From NCBI GenBank assembly GCA_029856525.1, contig JAHQXC010000063.1, forward strand, positions 1 to 7,740: a DNA stretch of 7,740 nt, given 5' to 3'. The position numbers were made by a program, and so were the translations under genes. Position 1 is the stretch's first letter. Every line of letters begins with the position of its first letter. A model generated the notes under the pieces. That model saw only the letters and a list, made by a program, of their open reading frames with translations, did no database searches and was not told the DNA's origin. This document shows positions 1 through 5,343 of this stretch, piece after piece. This stretch comes from Candidatus Odinarchaeia archaeon (lineage in GTDB: Archaea; Asgardarchaeota; Odinarchaeia; Odinarchaeales; Odinarchaeaceae).

Positions 1-20
1 CGCATACCAGTGGAGAACAT
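1..20 (-). CDS. 5' end of a gene running off the left edge (MFSTGMR...); possibly a RecA-superfamily (RadB/KaiC/RAD55-like) ATPase
   Basis: Minus strand reads ATAGGTGAATT-ATG TTC TCC ACT GGT ATG CG: SD AGGTGA at 24-29, ATG at 20-18. 'STG' at the N-terminus resembles the STGxxxLDxxLxGG start of RadB/KaiC-like proteins, but only about 6 codons are visible, so the product is a guess. Confidence 0.5.
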
Positions 21-51
21 AATTCACCTATTCTTAAAGACGAGCCCCCGC

Positions 52-750
52 TCACTGAATAAATATAAAAATTAAGTAGACTCCTATTATAATATATGAG
101 ACTGACAATGATTTTTTAAAATTAATATCATAGTATTCTCTAAAACTAATCGATAATATTAGAGCGCACCAAAGCCATGCTCCAGCGTCTATAAATTTAT
201 AAAAAATCCATGTATAAGAGTCGAATAAAATCGAGATTTGCGTTAAAACAGTCTCTAAGCTTTGCCCTTCAATAATATTAATAGTAGGCAGTGTTAAATA
301 AGCGGCGAATGTTAAAACAACGCGGCTGAAAATTAAAGGTATTAAAGATTGCAGTGTCAATTTAAAAATCTCAGCGTACGATATTCGCGTATTAAAATAT
401 CTGAGAGCAGCCCAGTAGACTGCGGAGATAACCATCCATGAGAACAATAACGTTAACGTGTTAACGAGGAAAACGCTGAGTAAAGACGATAGAAAATAAT
501 TATTAACAGTGGTTACAAAAATAGTTGAACCTGTAACGTTTAAATGATAGAGTAGAGCGGTGAACGGCAGGGATGTGAATAATATAATTAAAAATGCGTT
601 TATTAAAGGAATACGATTATCTGGAATTCTGGATAGAAGCTTCAAAGTTTTTGAAGGAGAGTAGATTAAACCTAGGATCTTCCTCCATAAAACTGGTTTT
701 TTATAGTCGAAATCTAATTCGAAAAACTCGTCGGCTAATATCCAAGACAC
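52..750 (-). CDS. Yip1-domain multi-pass membrane protein
   Basis: 232 aa with about 5 hydrophobic segments. Yip1-like pattern: N-terminal 'ILGLIYSPSKTLKLL', central 'FSWMVISAVYWAALRYFNTRISYAEIFKLTLQSLIPLIF', C-terminal 'WLWCALILSISFREYYDINFKKSL'. Start uncertain: GTG at 750 lies inside the SD-like GAGGTG. Confidence 0.75.
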   Translation of the reverse strand: MSWILADEFFELDFDYKKPVLWRKILGLIYSPSKTLKLLSRIPDNRIPLINAFLIILFTSLPFTALLYHLNVTGSTIFVTTVNNYFLSSLLSVFLVNTLTLLFSWMVISAVYWAALRYFNTRISYAEIFKLTLQSLIPLIFSRVVLTFAAYLTLPTINIIEGQSLETVLTQISILFDSYTWIFYKFIDAGAWLWCALILSISFREYYDINFKKSLSVSYIIIGVYLIFIFIQ

Positions 751-779
751 CTCTAGATTTCAAATAATTAATATGTTTT

Positions 780-1655
780 TCAGAAAACTATTAAAATTAT
801 ACCTAGAATAATAAGCGCGGTGCCTATACATATATTTAAGTCTAATCTCTCTTTTAAGAAGATAACAGCGAGAATAGTTGAGAACATAGGTGTAACCGAA
901 GTTAAAGGAGATGTCCTAGCGACACCCGCGTAGCTTAAACCTAGTATCAGGAATAATCCGCCTAAAGCTAGTGAAAGGAAACCTCCTATAGTCGACATTT
1001 TACCCCAGTAAGAATTATATTTTTTGTAGAAGGATCTGTCTCCAACAGTTAAATTAAAAGTGACTAGCAGCACGCTGAAATAGATGAGGCGTATAGTGGT
1101 CATTGTTAAAGGAGGCGTGTTTAAAAGTGCCAGTCCGAAGAAAACCTGGCTGAAACCCCACATTAACGCAGCTATAACAGGAATTATTAAAAGAATTTTA
1201 TTATTTGAATTAACTTCTTCAACATTCTGGTTTCTACTCCGGCTTATAAAGAGGATCCCTGTTACGATGGCAGCTATCCCCCCTATTATAAAAAAAGTTA
1301 TATCCTCGTTTAAGAATAAAGCTGAGCCTATTAAAGCGAATACAGGGTAGATTGAAACAATCGGCATTGTTTTTGAAACTCCTAGTCGTCTGAGAGATAA
1401 TAAAAACAGGTAGTCGCCTATAACCAGAGCTAGCGTAGTCCCTGCGATTATGTAAATTACATCTATTACTGCAACTTCGGCTAACGGGTTTAATCCTTCT
1501 ATTAAAACTGTTATGATTAAAGTGAAAACAGCTGCTGGTATAGATCGCATTGTATTCGCGATTAACGGTGGGATTTTAGTTAAACCTATTCTATCAAAAA
1601 CAGCGCCTACAGCCCAGGCTAAGGCGGCCATTAAAGCGAATAATTCACCTATCAA
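780..1655 (-). CDS. EamA/DMT-family transporter (two EamA repeats)
   Basis: 291 aa, about 10 TM segments in two repeats: 'LFLLSLRRLGVSKTMPIVSIYPVFALIGSALFLNEDI' and 'LGLSYAGVARTSPLTSVTPMFSTILAVIFLKERL', each followed by GxxxIxxG. TTG start. Confidence 0.9.
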   Translation of the reverse strand: MIGELFALMAALAWAVGAVFDRIGLTKIPPLIANTMRSIPAAVFTLIITVLIEGLNPLAEVAVIDVIYIIAGTTLALVIGDYLFLLSLRRLGVSKTMPIVSIYPVFALIGSALFLNEDITFFIIGGIAAIVTGILFISRSRNQNVEEVNSNNKILLIIPVIAALMWGFSQVFFGLALLNTPPLTMTTIRLIYFSVLLVTFNLTVGDRSFYKKYNSYWGKMSTIGGFLSLALGGLFLILGLSYAGVARTSPLTSVTPMFSTILAVIFLKERLDLNICIGTALIILGIILIVF

Positions 1656-1689
1656 TCAGCTCAGCCTAGAAATGGTTATAGTCTAATTA

Positions 1690-2109
1690 TTACTCTACTA
1701 TGAAAGTGAGGTTGACTGTACGCTCACGTGGACCGTCTAATTCGAATAATAAAATAGACTGCCAGGTTCCTAAGCCAAGCTCACCGTTTAATATAGGTAT
1801 AGTCACAGAGTTACCTGTTAGAATAGATTTAAGATGAGAGTCCGCGTTGTCGTCTATCCGGTCGTGAGCGTACCCGGCGTGGTAAGGTATTATTTTATTG
1901 AAGAAATTTACGATATCGTTTATAAGACCTTTCTCAGATTCGTTGATTATAATCCCGCATGTAGTATGTTTAACGAAAACATTAACTAAACCGTTTTTTA
2001 AACCCTCGGTGGAGATTATATCTCTAACCTGGTAGGTTATATTAATAACTTCGACTCTGCTTTTACTTGTTACATTAAAGCTTTTAGATAGTGTTCTCAA
2101 TTCCACCAC
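1690..2109 (-). CDS. yjbQ: YjbQ / UPF0047 family protein (secondary thiamine-phosphate synthase family)
   Basis: Family motifs HTTCGIIINE, YAHDRIDDNADSHLKS, LGTWQSILLFELDGPRER. True start is probably TTG at 2100 (MRTLSKSF...) because GTG at 2109 is part of the GGTGGTGG SD. Confidence 0.92.
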   Translation of the reverse strand: MVELRTLSKSFNVTSKSRVEVINITYQVRDIISTEGLKNGLVNVFVKHTTCGIIINESEKGLINDIVNFFNKIIPYHAGYAHDRIDDNADSHLKSILTGNSVTIPILNGELGLGTWQSILLFELDGPRERTVNLTFIVE

Positions 2110-2111
2110 CC

Positions 2112-2130
2112 ATGAATTAATTCATATAAA
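2112..2130 (-). promoter_or_regulatory. Candidate TATA box (TTTATATG, 2130-2123) overlapping a perfect 14-bp palindrome ATGAATTAATTCAT (2112-2125) upstream of yjbQ
   Basis: Both sequences are read directly in the 55-bp get3-yjbQ intergenic region. Function is inferred from position only. Confidence 0.4.
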
Positions 2131-2164
2131 CTGTATTCAAATCTTACGCTCTATCATAGCAGGT

Positions 2165-3124
2165 TTATTCGAATAAGATTCCCGCTAACTCCTTTAACTT
2201 AGATATACCTCTAATTTCATCGTTAAACAAGGGAACCTTTGTAATATTAAACTCTGAGTATAAAGCTTGTATTTCCTTTAAATACTTATCTTGCATAGTC
2301 TTTCTGGAACGGCAGAAAACACAGTCTGGGATATCAGGGTAAATCATGTTGACTATTATATGATCCACTGGTATCTCATACTCGTAGAGAGTTGATAAGA
2401 GTCTTTCAGTTTCATATATCGCCATCGCTTCAGGTATCATAACCACTATGAAACTTGTCTTATTAGGATCAGATAATTCTGATGAAGCTGCTTCTATACT
2501 CTTTTTTAATGCTTCAAGCCTCTCCAAGGAGTCATCGCGGACAGTCTCCCCTCTACTGAAGAAGCTTTTAAACCTATCCCATATAGCGGATAATCTGAGT
2601 CTGAAGGTTAAAAGCTTACCGAAGAAGCTGTTTAATAATTCCGGGAGACTTAGAAGACGGAGGGTGTGACCTGTCGGCGCTGTGTCGAATATTATTAAAT
2701 CGTATTCACTGCTCTCTATGAATTCCAGAACCTTCGAGAAAGCCAGCGCTTCATCAGCTCCAGGCGGGGTTAACCCGCTTAAATCAGTTAAAAGATCCGG
2801 TATTGGGAGAGGGGGTGAAATCGAGTTAAAAGACTCGCCGCTTACAGCAGCCTGATACTTCTGAAACTCTTTCTTAGGGTTCACTTCCATAGCGAATAAG
2901 TTATCTACACCTTGCACTATTTTTATTTCACCGCCTGAAACATCCTGGTTTAGACTATCAGATAAGCTGTGAGCTGGATCAGTGCTTATTATAAGGGTTT
3001 CCCGCCCGTGTTCAGCAGCCCAGATAGCTGCAGCGGCAGCGTTAGATGTCTTACCTACTCCGCCTTTCCCGCCGAATAAAAGGAATTTTCTCGGCTTATC
3101 CACTATTAAATCGTTTAAAGTCAA
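2165..3124 (-). CDS. get3: ArsA/Get3 (ASNA1/TRC40) family ATPase, single-domain Get3 type
   Basis: Deviant P-loop GGKGGVGKTS, switch I STDPAHSLSD, PGADEA, switch II FDTAPTGHTLRLL, YETERL, and CxxC (C268-VF-C271). One ATPase domain in 319 aa and only two Cys, so no ArsA metalloid-binding Cys triad. TTG start. Confidence 0.88.
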   Translation of the reverse strand: MTLNDLIVDKPRKFLLFGGKGGVGKTSNAAAAAIWAAEHGRETLIISTDPAHSLSDSLNQDVSGGEIKIVQGVDNLFAMEVNPKKEFQKYQAAVSGESFNSISPPLPIPDLLTDLSGLTPPGADEALAFSKVLEFIESSEYDLIIFDTAPTGHTLRLLSLPELLNSFFGKLLTFRLRLSAIWDRFKSFFSRGETVRDDSLERLEALKKSIEAASSELSDPNKTSFIVVMIPEAMAIYETERLLSTLYEYEIPVDHIIVNMIYPDIPDCVFCRSRKTMQDKYLKEIQALYSEFNITKVPLFNDEIRGISKLKELAGILFE

Positions 3125-3165
3125 TTTATCATCACGCTGATTTTTAATATTTTATAATAGTCTAA

Positions 3166-3179
3166 TTTAACCGGTTAAA
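3166..3179. promoter_or_regulatory. Perfect 14-bp palindrome TTTAACCGGTTAAA in the divergent get3/profilin intergenic region (candidate operator)
   Basis: Read directly; lies about 42 nt upstream of the get3 start. Confidence 0.35.
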
Positions 3180-3180
3180 A

Positions 3181-3200
3181 AGTTTTTGAAAGATTTTGAA
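3181..3200 (+). repeat. 10-bp tandem direct repeat AGTTTTTGAA / AGATTTTGAA
   Basis: Two adjacent units, 9/10 identical, with one helical turn periodicity, next to the palindrome. Confidence 0.4.
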
Positions 3201-3241
3201 AAATTATTTTGTAGTACCGCAACATTTTTTAACAGATAAAT

Positions 3242-3286
3242 ATAAAGATTTAAATTAAATAGATCGGATAAAATCCTGTAAGGTGG
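3242..3286 (+). promoter_or_regulatory. Candidate profilin promoter and RBS: BRE-like ATAAAGA (3242-3248), TATA TTTAAATT (3249-3256), SD AGGTGG (3281-3286)
   Basis: Archaeal BRE-TATA order, with the expected TSS (about 3278) just upstream of the SD and the ATG at 3291. The region is AT-rich, so other TATA-like words also occur. Confidence 0.45.
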
Positions 3287-3290
3287 TAAT

Positions 3291-3650
3291 ATGAGTGTTG
3301 AAGAAGTTGCGAAGAGTTTAATTACAGGAGACATAGGAGCGACGGCTATTATTTCAATGACAGGGGAGGTAATATATCAAACCCCTAATTGGAGCGTTGA
3401 CGGCGCTCATGCAATCAACACGTACAAGAACAGGGAGCCGAATATAATTATACAAGGAGTGAAATATTCGGTTATAGACGTTAACGAAGACCGTTTAATA
3501 GCTACAAATGTAGGAGGGCAGGGTCATATAGTAGGAGCGGCTATAGGAGCTAAGGGGCTGTTACTCGGCTATGTTAGCCCTAACGGTGACGCGAGAACCG
3601 CTTATATTCAAATAGATAAAGCAGCCAGACAATTATCAAAAATATTGTAG
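3291..3650 (+). CDS. pfn: Asgard archaeal profilin (actin-monomer-binding protein)
   Basis: 119 aa. 'TAIISMTGEVIYQTPNWSV', 'IIIQGVKYSVIDVNEDRLIATNVGGQGHIVG' and 'LLGYVSPNGD' match the profilin pattern (IxGxKY, G-rich hairpin). From memory it is very similar to the Odinarchaeota profilin characterised by Akil and Robinson. Good SD and ATG start. Confidence 0.93.
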   Translation: MSVEEVAKSLITGDIGATAIISMTGEVIYQTPNWSVDGAHAINTYKNREPNIIIQGVKYSVIDVNEDRLIATNVGGQGHIVGAAIGAKGLLLGYVSPNGDARTAYIQIDKAARQLSKIL

Positions 3651-3663
3651 AATAATAAACTAG

Positions 3664-4410
3664 TTAAGAGTGTGCGCCGAATAATTTCCTAGCTTTCTCC
3701 ATTAACCTGATAAATCTCTTCTGAATATTATATTTCTCCTCCACTCCGCCGAAGGTTGAAGATTCGGCTACTATCAATCGATCCCCTTTAACTTTTACAC
3801 TGCAGAGCCTAGTGTTAGCCGCGTCAATCATGTAACGCTCAGCTTCACGAGTAATCCTTATATCATTATAGGTTAATAGAATGGAAGCTAATAATACTCC
3901 TAGCCTCCTGTAGCCGGCTTCATATAGTTTCTCTGAAGAACAGCTTTGAGTTGAAGAATTAATCCTCCCTTTTAACTCTTCTATTGGACGTATTATAGTC
4001 TCGCTTCTGAAATCGGGAGATTTAATCCGGGGGGTTTCAACAGGAGTTTTAAATACAGGTTTAGGCGGAGGCCTAGTTAAAATTGATTTCAACTGTTGAA
4101 TTTTTGACTGCCTTATCTCAGCTCCCTCTTCTACATCTATTATTATAAATTCTTTACACTTGTTTCCTATAACACTGTTATTCAGCGGATATCCGAGACG
4201 CCTTACGAAATTAGCAGCTCTCATCCCAGCTCGTCGATGAATAAGAGTTGTATTCGAACCTATGAAAAGCCAGTTACAGGCGTAATCTTCATCCACGACT
4301 AATATAATAGAATCTTCGGCTAGTATCGGAGGGCCGTCTATTATTTTAAGCCCGCCGTCTGAGCTTATAGTAAAAGCGAATAAATTCCGACCTTGACCCA
4401 ATAAAATCAA
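3664..4410 (-). CDS. Gelsolin/villin-like domain protein with Pro-rich linker and unassigned C-terminal domain
   Basis: Residues ~9-111 follow the gelsolin repeat pattern: 'LAEDSIILVVD' ~ LxSxDxFILD; 'NWLFIGSNTT' ~ IYxWxGxxS; long basic helix 'LIHRRAGMRAANFVRR'; 'DVEEGAE' ~ VxEGxE. Linker 112-160 contains RPPPKP, TP, TP and SP. Residues ~161-248 form a further alpha/beta segment. Start is TTG 4410 or TTG 4401. No HMM search was run. Confidence 0.68.
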   Translation of the reverse strand: MILLGQGRNLFAFTISSDGGLKIIDGPPILAEDSIILVVDEDYACNWLFIGSNTTLIHRRAGMRAANFVRRLGYPLNNSVIGNKCKEFIIIDVEEGAEIRQSKIQQLKSILTRPPPKPVFKTPVETPRIKSPDFRSETIIRPIEELKGRINSSTQSCSSEKLYEAGYRRLGVLLASILLTYNDIRITREAERYMIDAANTRLCSVKVKGDRLIVAESSTFGGVEEKYNIQKRFIRLMEKARKLFGAHS

Positions 4411-4413
4411 CCT

Positions 4414-5328
4414 TTAATAGTAGTCAGCGCTCGCCAATCCTTTTAACTCAGCTATAAGATTGACAGCCGCGGTTGCTCCCTGACCTACAGCGGTAGCTAT
4501 CTGCCGTACACCACCCGTGCAATCACCGGCTGCGTAAACTCTTGGAAGATTGGTCCTCTGCTTGCTATCCACTTTAATATACCCGCCCTCTAATATTATA
4601 CCCATTTTCAAAGCGATATCGGCTGCGCTTGAAGAACCTATAGCTATGAACACACCGTCACATTTAACAGTTGACCCGTCTTCTAATATAATCCCCTCTA
4701 ATTTTTTACCTCCTGTAAAAGAGATTATTCTCTGAGTTTTCAACTCTATATTTTTAGCTTTAAGTTTTTCAAGTAAACCTTCATCTATTTCAGGTTTCAA
4801 CCCGTTAGTGTAAATTGTTATATCAGATGTGTAATCTGTTAATTCAAGCGCCTCCATAGCAGCATAATTCTTAGAGCCGATGACAAAAACCTTCTTTCCG
4901 CGGAAAAAGAAGCCGTCGCATGTCACACAGTAGCTTATCCCTTTTCCTTCAAATTTCTCCAGGTTATTTATATCTATCTTCTTATATTCCACACCCATGG
5001 CGATTATAAGTCCTTTAGCCGCGTAAGAGGACCTATTTGTTTTTACAACGTATAGGTCATCTTGCATTTTAACGCTGAGAACCTCCTCGTTCACGGTTTC
5101 ACTTCCTAAAAGCCTTATATGCTTGCAGCCTAATTGAATCAACTCTTTTCCGTCTATACCTTCAGGGAACCCTAAGTAATTGTAGACTCTACCTATCTTA
5201 TAGTTTAAACAACCTCCTTTATCGATTAGAAGAGTCTTATAATTAGCTCTACTAGTGTAAATCGCCGCGGATAAACCAGCAGGGCCCCCTCCTATAACAA
5301 TAACATCATAAGTTTTCAAAAATAACAC
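4414..5328 (-). CDS. trxB: Thioredoxin reductase-like FAD-dependent disulfide oxidoreductase (TrxB family)
   Basis: FAD motif DVIVIGGGPAGLSAA, redox motif GKGISYCVTCDG, C-terminal TNLPRVYAAGDCTGGVRQIATAVGQG. Likely true start is TTG at 5319 (MKTYDV...) behind GAGGTG. Confidence 0.88.
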   Translation of the reverse strand: MLFLKTYDVIVIGGGPAGLSAAIYTSRANYKTLLIDKGGCLNYKIGRVYNYLGFPEGIDGKELIQLGCKHIRLLGSETVNEEVLSVKMQDDLYVVKTNRSSYAAKGLIIAMGVEYKKIDINNLEKFEGKGISYCVTCDGFFFRGKKVFVIGSKNYAAMEALELTDYTSDITIYTNGLKPEIDEGLLEKLKAKNIELKTQRIISFTGGKKLEGIILEDGSTVKCDGVFIAIGSSSAADIALKMGIILEGGYIKVDSKQRTNLPRVYAAGDCTGGVRQIATAVGQGATAAVNLIAELKGLASADYY

Positions 5329-5343
5329 CTCTCAGAAGTGTTA

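Noticed and set aside
42-53. GAGC-CCCC-GCTC mini-hairpin at the Yip1 stop
   Set aside because: Only a 4-bp stem with no good U-tract; not supportable as a terminator.
1084-1350. 88-aa plus-strand ORF
   Set aside because: Lies wholly antisense to eamA, with no SD or recognisable motif; shadow ORF.
1640-1652. 13-nt match (ATAGGTGAATTAT on the minus strand) between eamA codons 2-6 and the RBS of the left-edge gene
   Set aside because: No canonical in-frame start at SD distance, and MIGELFAL is a normal EamA N-terminus; treated as coincidence.
2084-2113. Short out-of-frame ORF MGGGIENTI overlapping the yjbQ start
   Set aside because: Nine codons arising from the SD sequence, with no RBS of its own; expected by chance.
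2448-2669. 73-aa plus-strand ORF
   Set aside because: Antisense shadow of get3; its Ser/Leu richness reflects the opposite strand's codons.
2165-3124. Arsenite-efflux ArsA interpretation, and a yeast-like redox-holdase link between Get3 and TrxB
   Set aside because: No metalloid-binding Cys, tandem domain or ars genes. The CxC motif associated with the yeast redox switch is absent and the two genes are in different transcription units.
3266-3276. GGAT-AAA-ATCC inverted repeat before the profilin SD
   Set aside because: 4-bp arms are not distinguishable from chance.
4550-4735. 61-aa plus-strand ORF
   Set aside because: Antisense shadow inside trxB.
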